The position numbers were made by a program, and so were the translations under genes. A stretch of 64,000 nt of DNA from Camelus dromedarius (taxonomy: Eukaryota), in NCBI RefSeq assembly GCF_036321535.1, contig NC_087436.1, forward strand, positions 78,432,001-78,496,000, in the 5' to 3' direction. Positions 40,546 through 53,600 of the stretch are shown here, piece after piece. Numbering within the stretch: position 1 is the first letter of the stretch; the number at the start of each line of letters is the position of its first letter. The notes beneath the pieces were generated by a model. It made no database searches. It worked only from the letters and a program-made list of their open reading frames with translations, and was not told where the DNA came from.

Positions 40546-41469
40546 TTTTCCTAGAACAAATGAGCATCAAAAGCAACTAGCAAAATATATTATGGCATAC
40601 GTATATAGCGTACTACTGTATATAACAAAGAATAACATACACATAGCAATGCAAAAAGAGGTCTAAGATTTCATGTTAACTGACAGACGCCAGATGCAGA
40701 ACGTCACATTCAGTATTATCCTGTGTCGGAGGGAGGGCAGGGAGGGTATTTTAAGGGTTATTCTATATTTTTGTGTATTCATAGAAACTTTCTGAAATGA
40801 TACATAAGAAATTTGTTAAGAGTAGTTAACTTTGGAAGTGGGGTTGCAGTCTGGGAAGGCCTTCTATATGCTTTTCTTACCAAAAGCATGTATAACTTCC
40901 ATAAGTAACAAATCTACATCTAGTTAATCTTTTTAACTTCCCAAAGGGAGGGCACATTCCTTGGATAGCATTTGATCCGTGATTTGTAAATACTTCCCAC
41001 GTGCCCTATTCTAGACCTTGGTTGCCAAGCTTGCATTTGCCCCTAGCTTCATCCCTAATTATGTCATTACCTGGGCAGGGCCTTCTAGAACTATGAGTTT
41101 TATGAAACTGAAGATTCTTATGGTAAAAATATTCCATATGATCTACACAGGCAACATTGTACATGTGGGAAAACTCTAGGGAATGATGGGGCTGGGAGAG
41201 TTTTAGATAACTGGCTTTCATTTAACTCTAAATTCAAGAAAATCCTTTTTGCAGTTCATCTATCTCTATAATCCACAGGGAGACTTCTTATAAATCAATA
41301 AAAGCTAGTCTATGATTTAAACGTTTTATAATAAATATATATCTGCATATTTCACATGCAATTTTTAAAATACTAAATAAAAGAAGAGTCTGATAAAATA
41401 AAAGTAATTGTGTTTGGCCCATTCTAAGATGGATAAGCCCATTTGACCAGTATCTTGCCTTATATGAGA

Positions 41470-41595
41470 GAGCAAAGATGGAGAAGGAGGGAGGAGAGAG
41501 AGAAGGAAGGAAGGAAGAAGGGGATCCCAGAGGGAGGGAAAGAAAGAAAGAGGGGGGAGGTAGGGGGGAAGCAGGGAAAGGAAGAGAAGGGAAGG
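41470..41595. repeat. GA-rich low-complexity tract
   Basis: Directly visible purine-rich run. Confidence 0.8.
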
Positions 41596-42029
41596 CAGAC
41601 TCCTCTGGTGGGCACTGGCCTAGTGAGATGACTCAGATCTGCAGCCTTGTGGGGTCTGAGCCTCTTGTTACGACGCCGTCCTCAGATCATGGCTGCTATA
41701 CTTGTCCATATACCTTTGAAACTGGAATGGGAGCATCAAAAGGTGTCCCAATGGAACACTTTCTCGCCCCCACTGTGTAACAGCAGCCCTATTACCTGCT
41801 GATGATCAGATGTCAGGGGGTGACACCTTTCCTTGCCTGCTAGTCACCATGACTTGAAAAGAAGGTTAACAAATTGTTCTACAAGATAGCCAAACGTTTT
41901 CTGAAGCTACCATAACCGAAACGAGGGCTGAATTTACTGCCTCACTATGAACAGCTAGGCAGTCATATAACGAGAAATCAACAGTAAACTTTAGAAAGAG
42001 ATCCTAATTTTTGAAATATTTAATATAGG

Positions 42030-43200
42030 ATAAAGAAGGCATTTTAAATCAGTGAAGAAAAGATATAATATGTGTTGGGCTAACAGCTGATCATTTGGGG
42101 GAAAAACCAATTTCATTCAGGGCTGCTAGTCAACAAAAACTACCAATCTGACCATACCCAGTTTTCATGGCTGGTATTCATTCTGATTGGTCAGCACCCA
42201 GGGCATACTGATGCATAAATATTATGAACATCATCCCTGACTTCATCCCTCCATGATAATGAAAGAAATTCTTAATGGAATTAAAGTATAAAATTTTAAA
42301 GTCAAACTCTGAAAGCATGGAAATATATCCTTGAATATTTACATAATATTGGATGAAAGACTAAGCATGGCCTCAAGAGCAGATGCCATTTTTTAAAGGA
42401 TTGAAATTTTGATGAAATAAAAATTGTAAACTCTTTAGGAAATAAAATGTTATACTAACTACTATATACAAAATAGATAAACAACAAGTTTATACTATAT
42501 AGCACAGGGAACTATATTTAATATCTTGCAGTAACCTATAATGAAAAAGACTATGAAAACAAATATATGAGTGAAATATTATGCTATTCACCAGAAATTG
42601 ACACATTGTAAACTGACTGTAGTTCAATAAAATGTGAAATGCAAAAAGGCATACAGCAATTTGAAAAAAATATTTCTGGCATGTTTAAGAGATAAGTGAT
42701 TCTACTCTTAATACATAAAAAGCTACTAAGTCAACTTTTAAAGAAGTCTAACAACCCAATAGAAAAAATAAGCTGAAAGTATGATTTCATTAGGAAAATA
42801 AATATAAATAGACAATAACATACAAACAAATGTTCAACCTCTCTAGTACTCAAGGAAAGTCAAATTAAGACAATTAAGTACTATTTTTAACTACCAGGTT
42901 AGCAAGGCTTTTTAAAATATGGGAGGACCCAATGTTGGTGAGGATTTAGAGAACTGGGAACTCATTCACAGCTGGCAAGAGATTTAAAGTGTCCTAATCT
43001 TTCTAGAAGCTTTAAAAATCTTCTAATAGTCTATCATTTTAGGCACAAAAAAATCCACTTCTAGGAATGTATTAAAGGGTATTGTTTATTGTAGGAAGTG
43101 TATATCAGAGTATTTATATCAACATTGGTAAATAAAAAAATAAATAAAAAGTATAACAAACTAGAATTCTAATAAAAGGAGACAGGTTAAACAAATATAT
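42030..43200 (+). mobile_element. Ancient L1M ORF2 3' remnant
   Basis: aacaacccaatagaaaaa; atgttcaacctctctagtactcaaggaaagtcaaattaagac; aatgttggtgaggattt; aatccacttctaggaat. Confidence 0.7.
42452..42632 (+). mobile_element. Younger L1 3' end nested in the old L1M
   Basis: atactaactactatatacaaaatagataaacaacaagttt...tagcacagggaactat...cattgtaaactgactgtagttcaataaaa. Confidence 0.88.
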
Positions 43201-43879
43201 ATTTACTTATATAAATATATTTTAAAATATTAATTTTCCCCATTTTTATGCAATAGATATGTAATAATTAGATATATTGTTTAATTTTTGGATAAAAATG
43301 AATACTCTTTATTGAGTTGATTTTCTAGTGGTAAAACTTCTTTCCAAATAAGATATGCAGACAGAAAAAAATCTAATTAATCGAGGTTTATACTTTAGCA
43401 AGATTCCTATAAATTAAGATTTTACTATAATTAAAAATATAATCAATAATAAGCCATTAATATCTGTCAAGGAAGATCAAATCCAGAAATTACAACTGCA
43501 GTAAGACTTCACGGCTCAGAGGTTTGGTAATGTGCAGACCTTCACTTCCAGCAAGACTCCATGTATCCACCCGTAGTTGGCAATTTAAGGAAGAGGCCAC
43601 AGCCACATCTGTATAGTAACACAAACTTTACTTTCCAAGTGGATCCTGTTTAACAAGTCAAACAAGTAACTTTTCAGGAGTGCAACCTCATTTTTAGGGT
43701 CCAACAATGAGACTGCACTCCTGCAAGATTTTGGAGGTGGAAGGGAGGGTGCAGACATTTTTTCTTCTTCTGACAACACTAGCAGATGCTTATGTGAGTT
43801 TCCCAGACATGTCTTTAAAACAGGTCTCTTTATTTCCTTGTCATTTCAGCCACCAGAGATGGGGGAAGCTGTGAGGCCA

Positions 43880-44090
43880 CCAGCCACATTCCCTGCAGGG
43901 TCCTGATTCCTGGTGGCAGCAACTCTTCACTTCTTTGTAGCAGTGAGCCTGAAGCTAGTGGCAGTCTCCAGGATTTTCACTCTTCCAGCCTTTCTCATGG
44001 TTTTGTAAACACCTCAATCCCTGTATTAAATCTCTTCATGTTTAAAATACCTACAGTGGTTTTGTTTTCCTGACTGAATTCTGCTTACAC
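43880..44090 (+). mobile_element. MLT-type LTR 3' fragment
   Basis: ccctgtattaaatctcttcatgtttaaaatacctacagtggttttgttttcctgactgaa. Confidence 0.5.
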
Positions 44091-44659
44091 AGCCTGAGAG
44101 AATAATGTCATTTCTTTGCACTAGAGGTAACTATCACTGAGGTCTTGAAAAGAAACCACGTGGATGATGTGATCCAGAATTTTAATTAAGATGCCTTTAG
44201 AGATTCCTTCTTAGGAGGCTTCATCCAAAGTCTTTAATTGATTCAGAAAGGACTTGGGGCAAAGGATGAGAGGAAATCACTTATAGAGAAGGAAAATGGG
44301 CACAGAAACATGAACAGAATAGACTTTTCTCAGACATCCCAACCCTGGAAATAGAATGGTTGTTCCATTGGAACAGACCACTGCAGGTTCCACCTAGAGA
44401 AGAGCAACATGAAGTCAACGTCAATATTTGATTACAGCATTCTAGGTGAATTATCTGTGCAGGGAAATGCCCCTAAAATACTAGTTTCCTTCTGATCGCA
44501 TTCCTAAATCTCATGTTTTCTCCCTTTCATGGCTCTTTTCCAAAGGATTTTCACTTGCCCCAAATCCAAAACCAAATCAATCCAAAACCCTCTTCCTCCT
44601 TGTGCTCATTTTCCATCCACTCATCTTAATTTCTTAGCTCTTAATTCAAATGTTCTAAG

Positions 44660-44750
44660 TGTTATAATATGTATGGCAGAATCACTTTGCTGTACACCTG
44701 AAACTAATATTGTAAATCAACTACACTTCAATTAAAAAAAATTTTTTTAA
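44660..44750 (+). mobile_element. Very short L1 3' end
   Basis: gaatcactttgctgtacacctgaaactaatattgtaaatcaactacacttcaatt. Flanking direct repeat aaatgttctaa. Confidence 0.85.
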
Positions 44751-44859
44751 TAAATGTTCTAAATTTTATAGGGGCTGGACATACCAAAAACCCCATCCAG
44801 CATTCTGAAGGACAAATATATGCCTTATACACAAATGTTCTAATAAACTAAAATGGCAA

Positions 44860-45680
44860 TTTTTTTCCAGTTTTATTGAGATATAATTCACATGTAATAT
44901 TGTCTAAGTTTAAGGTGGATATGTGATGATCTGATATATGTATACACTTGAAAAGATTATTACAGTAAGGTTAGTGAATACATCCATCTTCACAGTTACC
45001 TTTATGTATGTGTGGTGAGATCATTTAAGATCTCCTCTCTTAGCAACTTTAAAGGAAACAATACAGTATTGTTAACTGTAGAAACCATTCTACACATTAG
45101 ATCCCCAGAAAATATTCATCTTATAACTTGAAGTTTATACCCTTTGAACAATGTCTCACCATTTCTCCAACCTCCAAGCCCCTGACAATCAGCAATCTAC
45201 TGTTACTATGTTTTGCTTTTTTAGATTCCACATATAAGTGAGATCATATAGTGTTTGTCTTTCTCTGCCTGATTATTTCACTTAGCATAATGCACTCAAG
45301 ATTTCATGTTGTCACAAATGACAGGATTTCCTTCTTCTTATGGCTGAATAATATTATATATATAGACAACATTTTCTTTATCCATTCATCCATCAATGGA
45401 TGCTTAGGGTGTTTCCATATCTTGGCTATTATGTATAATGCTGCAATGAACAGGAGGGTGCAAATCTCTTCAAGATAGTGATTTTATTTCCTTTGGATAT
45501 ATACCCAGAAATTAGAGTGCTGATCATATGATAGTTCTATTTTTAATTTTTTGAAGAATCTCCATACTGTCTTCCATAGTGGCTACACCAATTTACATTC
45601 CCCCCAAGAGTGTACAAGAGTTCCCTCTTCTCCATATCCTCACCATTTGTCATCTCTTGTCTTTTTTGATAATAGCCAGA
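44860..45680 (-). mobile_element. L1MA-like 3' fragment
   Basis: ttttattgagatataatt...ttagattccacatataagtgagatcat...tccatagtggctacaccaatttacattccc. Flanking repeat aatggcaat. Confidence 0.92.
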
Positions 45681-45939
45681 ATGGCAATGTTTTCAATTGC
45701 AAGTATTTTGATGAAAATCTAAAATGTATAAAACCCTCCCTTAATGCTTAAGGGATAAATCTGAAACAACAGCATGTAGTTGAAAAAGCATCATAGCTTA
45801 TTCTCAGAAGATCCGAATTTGAGTCTGAAAGCTGCCACCTGTGTGACCTTAGTTAGGTCATCCAAGTTCTCAGAATCCCCTTTCCTCCCATGTAAAATAC
45901 AGGCAGTAGTAATCAAGAAGCCAAACATACCCTATAGGG

Positions 45940-46206
45940 CAGTGGTTCTCGAAGTATGGCCCTGAGCCAGCAGCAGCAGCAGCAGCACACGGGAACTTGT
46001 TCAGAAGGCAGAGCTGGAGGCCCCACCACAGATCTACTGAATCAGAAACTCTACAAGTGGGGTCCAGCAATCTGCGTTTTAACAAACGTTCTAAGTGATT
46101 CTTTTATTATTACTATTATTGAAGTATAGTTGATTTACAATACTGTGTTAGTTTCAGGTGTACAGCAAAGTGATTCAGTTACACATATAAAGATTCTGAT
46201 GTGCTG
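45940..46206. mobile_element. MER5A inside a MIR (about 45770-46290), itself interrupted by an L1 3' fragment (about 46100-46190)
   Basis: cagtggttctcgaagtatggccc...(cag)n...gatctactgaatcagaaactct...cagcaatctgcgttttaacaa, then ttattgaagtatagttgatttacaa. Confidence 0.85.
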
Positions 46207-46811
46207 CCATAGGGATTTTGTGTTGACTTAATGTAATGTTACACGTAATGTGATGAATTGTGTTTAAGAAAAAAGAAAAGCTATGCAAATTTGAGCTAGT
46301 AGCATTATGAACATCAATTATGGTGCTATTTACTTCAGTACTGCTCTCAAAGTTTACTGTAGCTCTTGTGGTTGTTTCCTCCTAAACTAAATGGCTCAGA
46401 TCATTGTACTGAAGAATGAGGGAGAAGTCAAAAGAAATTATTCCACTCTCCAGAGTTCGTCTGTCTCCTCCCTCTGCTGTCAGCTATCATTTCTCCTGCG
46501 GTCAGTGAGTCCTGCTGCGATCATCTGCCGTGTTATACACACAGTTGTTCTGAGCAGCTGCCTGAGGCAGTTCTGTCTCTCCTGCGGAATGAAGTCTTCA
46601 GCAGTTTGCACCTTCAAGCCTCTCTCATTGCCTTTTTCCAATTTATGTTCTGAGTGGTTGAAGCTGCCATCAGTCTGACCTCTGGATAAGAGGTGATATT
46701 TTAGGATAATAAACGCAGAGACATATCTCTTACAGAGAGATAGTTGTATATCTATAGCACCAATGCACTACCTGCTACCTAGTAGGTGCACAATAGAATT
46801 TTTAGTTGACA

Positions 46812-47115
46812 AGGACAAAGAAAACAAACTGGGGTTACCAGGTGGGACAGGGTAGAGGGAGGGATAGATTAGGAGTTTGGGATTAACAGATTCACATTAC
46901 TATATATAAAATAGATAAACAAAGGACCTACTGTGTAGCACAAGGAACTTAATTCAATTTCTTGTAATGAGCTATAATGGAAAAGAAACTAAATATACAT
47001 ATATATATATGTATGTATGTATGTATATGTATAACTGAATCACTTTGCTGTATACCTGAAACTAACATTGTAAATTGACTACATTTTAATAAAAAAAAGA
47101 AATATTAAAAAAAAG
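46812..47115 (+). mobile_element. L1 3' end inserted in an L2 tail
   Basis: ggagtttgggattaacagattcacattactatatataaaatagataaac...actgaatcactttgctgtatacctgaaactaac. Flanking repeat ttttagttga. Confidence 0.9.
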
Positions 47116-48639
47116 AAATTTTAGTTGAATAAATGAACGTGTGTATGCAGATTCACAGAAGTGTGAGTACACAGACAATACATAGTTTCACTCTGACACC
47201 TCTAACTCCTGTAGGTTACCAGGAGACCAGGAAGTGTGGTTTAATAAATTCAAGCCCATAACCACTTCTGGAAAAACAACGCCAAGAACAGAGTTAATGG
47301 GAAGCCATTGGTATTATCTTCACAGGGGAAGGGTACCACTTTATGTATGTGCAGTAGAAGAGGAGAAAGCACTCTAAAGTATTAACAGCACTAAATAGAT
47401 GAAGGTGCTATTGTTATTATTATGGTTCTGTCCCTGCCATGTACAGCAGGCTCACTTGGAGTGTATGGAGACTGTTCGCCCCACCCTCCGATGCTCTTTG
47501 ACCCTGATGACAGGGTCCCTTTAAGATGAGGGACGGCTCCTTAATGGCTTGACTCCAAGGAAGTCCTGTGCTGCCCTTTGAAAAAGGTGGCACTGCACCT
47601 CACACCTTGTCATCACAACCCACTCCCAAGAGAAACACTGGCTACCTGCCTCTGAGCTTGGCCTAACTCCTGTCCCACCATCTGCTCAGTTTCCACAGCG
47701 TCAGCCAAGCTTTTCAGACTGCAGACTGCCTCTTCTTGCTCTGTTGGCCACAGCACCAAACTTCATTCCCTGTTCTCCAGTAAAGGATCCGAACTTCATT
47801 CATGCTCCTGACCTTGGTTTCCCTGTGATGACTCTTCCCTGGTGAACCAGCACTTCCAGCCCCGCACCCACCATGGTCACTGAGCACTCATCAGCCCACC
47901 TTCCTCCAGTCTATAAACCGATCAGCCAGATGGGTCCATGTCCCTAGAGCAGGGCCATGCCTAACCCCACCCCCTAGTCTGGAACAGCCCATCACTGATT
48001 CTTCTACTTAGTTTTAACTCTGTTGCATAGTGCTCAGTAGACAGTGGCTGCTCAATTAATGTCGCTCTTCAAAAGTTTAAAATGCTGATTCTCAACTAAA
48101 ATCACACATCAGCTCGAGGAATGCAAGTCAACCCTGTCCTGAAATAGTGATGCAGTCAGCAGAAATTTCCACAACATCAATCAAAAGGGTTCCCAGCAAG
48201 TACTCAGTGAACCAAGTAAAGTGACCTTCAGACCCCCTCCCACTTCTGCCCCACTCCATATTCTTGTTAGCTGCTGTGGATGGATGGCTTCCTGAAAAGA
48301 TGATCCATCACTGTTCAGATGAGCGAAGCCTCTGCCACAGCTTGCAGGTTATTCCAGCATTTTGTAAAAAAGGAGACAAAATAGAAAGTCTGAAAAAAAT
48401 GCCAACTTATGGGAAAAAAAGGAAAACCTCAAAACAGCATGGTATTGCCAGGCACCAACGAAATTAACATAGACAGAAGATGGATGGATTTATTTTTTAA
48501 AATACATATGCAGTGTACGAAGCCCCTATTTCAAACACATGGAAGGCCAATGATACGGTTTTCAGTCCCATACTGGAAATTGTTCATGACCAGGAGAGTT
48601 ACTGGGATGATGATTTAGTGCCAACAAGGATCAGCTACC

Positions 48640-48845
48640 ATTGAAAATGAGCTCTTACTCATGCCAGGCACTGTGTTAGCTGCTTTACATATGTTCTCTC
48701 TTTCGGCCCTTATTACTATAAAAGGTGAAAATCTCTTTTGCCAATGCAGACTTGCCCATGCTCACAGAGCTGATAAGTGATGATGCCAAATTCAAAACAA
48801 AGGCAACCCAGCTCCAAAGCCCATACTCTTACCACTCCACATGCA
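48640..48845 (-). mobile_element. MIR SINE
   Basis: atgccaggcactgtgttagctgctttacat...gacttgcccatgctcacagagctgataagtg...ctccaaagcccatactcttacc. Confidence 0.75.
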
Positions 48846-49009
48846 ATTCTTCTCCCTACATCCCCAATTTTCAGAAAGGTAGAATCGGGTTTAGATGATC
48901 ACGGCTGCAAAAGTGAGAGGATGCATTTCAAAACATGTATGTGCTTGGAAGTTGTGTGGGAATGGGAGAAGGACAGCCTTACCCTCTACATGATATGACA
49001 GTCAAAGTT

Positions 49010-50260
49010 ATAGACTATAAAATACTCCTGAAAGACACAGAGATGGGCTTGAATACGTGGAGAGACATTGTATTTCTGAATAGGAAAATTTAGCATCATG
49101 AAAATGCCAGTTCTCCCTAAGTGACTTTAACATAATCTCAATAAAAATATATATTGTTCTTTCCCCAGAGCTAGATAAGTTGATTATTTATTTTATTTGA
49201 AAGAACAAACAAGCAAGAACATCCAAGGAAACACTAAAAACAAAACAAAACAGTGGAGCAGATAGTAGATATTAGTAGATATTAAAACATAAAGACTTCA
49301 GTGTAGGCACATGAGTTGATAGAGCAGCAGGAAAAGAAATGAAAATCCAAAAACACACCAAACAGAACATGGAAGTTTAGGATGTTACAAAAGCAGAATC
49401 TCAAACCAGTGCAGAAAAAAATGAACTGTCTGATGGAAAGCTGTTAAGTTATACAGAAAAATAAATAAAACTGTTTCTCACACTATATGCAAGAATAGAA
49501 ATTAAATGGATCTAAATGTTTAATACATACATACACACACACATACACACGTATTAGGAGAAAACATGGGTCATTCTTTTATAACCTGGAGATGGGGAAA
49601 ATTTTCTTCAATATAAAAATCCAGAAGCAATAAAGGAAAAGGGATAAACGTAACCACATAAAAATAGCAACTTTTGTATTAAAAAAAATAACATATGCAA
49701 AATCAAAAGACAAACACAAACTGAGGGAGGGAGGTTTGCAATATATCACTCATAAAGTATTAACATCTCTAATATAGAATGAGGTCTTAATGATTCTAGA
49801 GGCCGGAAATACCTATAGAAAATGAGTTAATGATATAATTCACAGAAAAAGAAAAGCAAATGCCTCTTAAATATATGGACAAAATTCCAAATATTTAACA
49901 ATATGCTCTACAATGAGGTTATGGGAAAACATGCTCTCCCATACCTTGCTGTAGGAAATAACAATAGAGCAATACCCAGGGAGGGGAATTGGGGCAATAT
50001 CTGGATAGATTACATACACACTTACCCAATGACCCAGCAATCTTACATCTAGGAATCCTACCAAAAATACACTAGCAAAAACGTAAAATGATGTAGGCAT
50101 GACACCATTTACTGCAGCCTTTTTTTGTAATAGTGAAAGACTAGAAACAACCTAAATGCCCAACTATAGGGAACTGCTTGAATAAACTACAGTACATTCA
50201 CAAAATGGAGTACAATGCTGCTGTAAAAAGAAAGGAGAAAGCTCTCAATATTGTTATAAA
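49010..50260 (+). mobile_element. Old L1M ORF2 3' remnant
   Basis: atgaaaatgccagttctccctaa; atgacccagcaatcttacatctaggaat; tagaaacaacctaaatgcccaactataggg. Confidence 0.8.
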
Positions 50261-50261
50261 G

Positions 50262-50468
50262 CACTGGTTCTCAGCTAGGGATGATTTTGCCTCCCAAAGG
50301 ATATCTGGCAACGTCTGGAGACATTTTTGATTGTCTAATGGCAGACAGAAGTGCTACTGGCATCTAATGAGTAGAGGCAAGGGATGCTACTAAACATCCT
50401 ATAGTGCACAGGACAGTCTCCCAAAACAAAAACTGTCTGGTCCATAGGGCTGCTGTGGGTAATCCCTG
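50262..50468. mobile_element. MER20 (hAT-Charlie)
   Basis: ctggttctcagctagggatgattttgcctccc...tggcaacgtctggagacatttttgattgtc...gctactggcatctaatgagtagaggc. Confidence 0.9.
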
Positions 50469-50554
50469 TTATATTCTCTTAGATACATTGTTAAGTGAAA
50501 AAAACGATGAAGAACATATATTGCTGAGACCACTCCTGTATTAGAACCTGACAA

Positions 50555-50642
50555 GATTGAAAAATTGTGCTGAACACTGGAATTTGACACAACATTGTAA
50601 AATGATTATAAATCAATAAAAAATGTTAAAAAAAAAAAAAAA
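50555..50642 (+). mobile_element. Very short young L1 3' end with poly-A
   Basis: Near reverse-complement match to 37721-37803 (tgaaaaattgtgct...gacacaacattgtaaaatgattataaatcaataaaaaatgtt). Confidence 0.85.
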
Positions 50643-50828
50643 GGTTGAATAAAAGACTGTAAACCTGAGTGGGCTCTCCCTCGGAGACATTTCCATACAA
50701 TATGTTGATAGACAGGATAATTATTAATGACTGAATGGATTCTAGTAATGTGCCAGGATCTTTTGACTTTCATGATCATTTTACTGTGAGGGATCTGTGC
50801 TCAAAGACTAGGGAGTACACTGCAATAT

Positions 50829-51510
50829 TGTGATATAATGAGAAATACACATTTGGTCTTCATCACCAGTTCCTGGCACAGAGCTCCTGAAACCCTTGTA
50901 ACTTCCTGAATGACAGTGTGAAAAGAGTGTATTTTGTTATTCATAATAAACCCCCTTCAACCACACCTACAGTAATGAGGAACTAATGATGTAACTTGGA
51001 GGGTAGGAGCTGGTAGGAACCAACCACCTGATTGGAGGGTTGAAACTTTCAGCTCCAACCCCCAAACTCCAAAGGGAGAGGGGCAGGGGATTGAGTTCAA
51101 TCATGAATGGTCAAGGATTTAATCAATCACACCTATGTGACAGTACCTCCATAAAAACCCTGAATAATGTGGTTGGAGAGCTCCCAGGTAGGTGAGCACA
51201 TAGACATGCCGGGAAGGTGGCATGCCCAAGGAGTGCATGGGAGCTCTGGGCCCTTCCCCAAACCTTGCCCTATGCGTCTCTTCCATTTGGCTGTTCCTGG
51301 GTTGTACCTTTATAATAAACTGGTGATCTAGAAAGTAGTGTTTCCCTGAATTCTGTGAGCCACTCTAGGTTCAAGAATGAACCCAAGTAGAGGATCATGG
51401 GACCCCCAATTTAAAGCCAGTTGGCCAGAAGTACAAGTGACAACCTGGGACTTAAAACTGCCATGTGAAACGGGAGCAGTCTTGTGAGGCTGAACCTTGG
51501 AGTGGTATGA
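50829..51510 (+). mobile_element. MER21-like ERVL LTR
   Basis: tgtgatataatgagaaatacacatttggtcttc...ttcctggcacagagctcct...gtgtttccctgaattctgtgagccactctag. Confidence 0.85.
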
Positions 51511-51859
51511 GTATAGGAACCAGTGTTTCTTCATTTACAGTGTAATCAAATCATTGATGAGGAAACATTCTCCTTTATGGAAGAGTCCCAGCTAGGAAAT
51601 GTAGAAATAATGATAAAATTACAAAATCCCCATTCTGTAATCCCTAATAAAACAATGGAAATAGGTGATGATCATCAATGACTATTAAACTCCTTGGGTG
51701 AAAGATAAATGAGAAACTATAGCGTGGACGAATCAGGTAGACAATACTTGGACCCACTAATTAAAAACCAATTGTTTTGTTCTTTTTGAGATGACCCAGT
51801 AAAAAATATACAATATCAACTGTGAAATATTTTAAATATTAAACATGAATGCTAGATCA

Positions 51860-52087
51860 ATTATTCCCAACTAGGGAAATTTTGCCCCTAGGAGACATTA
51901 GCCAATGGTTAGAGACATATTTGGCTTTCACATGGTGGGGAAAGGGAGGGTGGGGTCTGGTGCTATTGGCATATAGTAGGTAGAGACCAGGGATGCTGCT
52001 AAATATCCTGCAATACTCAGGACAGTTCCGCAAGTCAAATAATTATCCAGTCCAAATTGTTAATAGTGCTGAGATTAGGAAGCTCAG
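51860..52087. mobile_element. MER20 (hAT-Charlie)
   Basis: ttttgcccctaggagacatt...gtagagaccagggatgctgctaaatatcctgcaat...aatagtgctgagattaggaagc. Confidence 0.85.
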
Positions 52088-52118
52088 TTCTAGGTATATG
52101 TCAAGAAATACAGGACCT

Positions 52119-52229
52119 GTGCTTGCTCCAGCAGCATATATACTAAAATTGGAATGATACAGAAAAGATTAGCATGGTCCCTGCACAAGGATGATATGCA
52201 GATTTATGAAGTGTTCCTTCTGTATTTTT
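52119..52229 (+). pseudogene. U6: Full-length U6 snRNA retropseudogene (5' part of a U6/L1 chimera)
   Basis: gtgcttgctccagcagcatatatactaaaattggaatgatacagaaaagattagcatggtccctgcacaaggatgatatgcagatttatgaagtgttcc...tattttt aligns end to end with U6 snRNA. ACAGAGA box mutated to ACAGAAA. Confidence 0.95.
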
Positions 52230-53587
52230 AGACAGTCTCTTCAGCAGATGGTGTTGGGAGAACTGGACAGCTGCATATAAATCAATGAAGTTAGAACACT
52301 CCCTCACATCATACACAAAAATAAACTCAAAATGGCTTAAAGACTTAAACATAAGACGAGACACTATAAACCTCCTAGAAGAAAACATAGGCAAAATATT
52401 ATCTGACATAAATCTCAGCAATGTTCTATGGCAGTCTACCCAGGCAATAGAAATAAAAGCAAAAATAAACAAATGGGACTGAATTAAACTTAAAACCATA
52501 AGCAAAACAAAAAGACAACCTACAGAATGGGAGAAAAAGTTTGCAAAAGATGAGACTGACAAGGGCTTAATTTCCAGAATATATAAACAGCTCACACAAC
52601 TTAATAATAAAAAAACCAAACGACCCAATCCAAAAATGGGCAGAACTAAACAAACACTTTTCCAATGAAGACATACAAATGGCCAATAGGCACATGAAAA
52701 AATGCTCAAATTGCTAATTATCAGAGAAATGCAAATCAAAACTACAAAGAGGTGTCACCTCACAACAGTCAGAATGGTCATCATTCAAAAGTCCACAAAT
52801 GATAAGTGCTGGAGAGGCTGTGAAGAAAAAGGAACCCTCTTACACTGTTGATGGGAATGTAGTTTGGTGCAGCCATTATGGAAAATAGTATGAAGAGTCC
52901 TCAAAAAACTGAAAACAGACTTACCATATGATCCAGCAATCCCACTCCCAGGCATATATCCAGAGGGAACCATAATTCGAGAAGATACATGCACCCCAAT
53001 GTTCATAGCAGCATTAGTTAAAATAGCCAAGACATTGAAAGAACCTAAATGTCCATCCACAGATGACTGGGTAAAGAAGCTGTGGTATATTTATACAATG
53101 GAATACTATTCAGCCACAAAAAATAATAAAATGATGCCATTTGCAGCAACATGGATGGACCTGGAGACTGTCATTCTAAGTGAAATAAGCCAGAAAGAGA
53201 AAGAAAAATACCATATGATACCACTTATATGTGAAGTCTAAAAAAAAAAAAAAAGACAAACTTATTTACAAACCAGAAACAGACTCACAAACATAGAAAA
53301 CAAACTTATGGTTACAAGGGGGAGGTGGGTAGGAAGGGATAAATTGGGAGTTCAAGATTTGCAGATACTAACTACTATATATAAAATAGATAAGCAACAA
53401 GTTTACACTGTATAGCATAGAGAACTATATTCAATATTTTGTAGTAACTTGCGGTGAAAAAGAATATGAGGACGAATATATGTATGTTCACATATGACTG
53501 AAGCATTATGCTGTACACCAGAAATTGACACAACATTGTAAACTGACTATACTTTAATAAAAATATATATATACAACAAAAAAGAAG
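52230..53587 (+). mobile_element. 5'-truncated L1 fused directly to U6
   Basis: Begins in ORF2 (DSLFSRWCWENW), runs through 3'UTR and A-rich tail. TSD gaaatacaggacc at 52105-52117 and 53588-53600 encloses U6 plus L1. Confidence 0.95.
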
Positions 53588-53600
53588 GAAATACAGGACC

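Noticed and set aside
52143..53241. ORFs of 65-198 aa
   Set aside because: Sense and antisense translations of a frameshifted L1 ORF2 remnant, not host genes.
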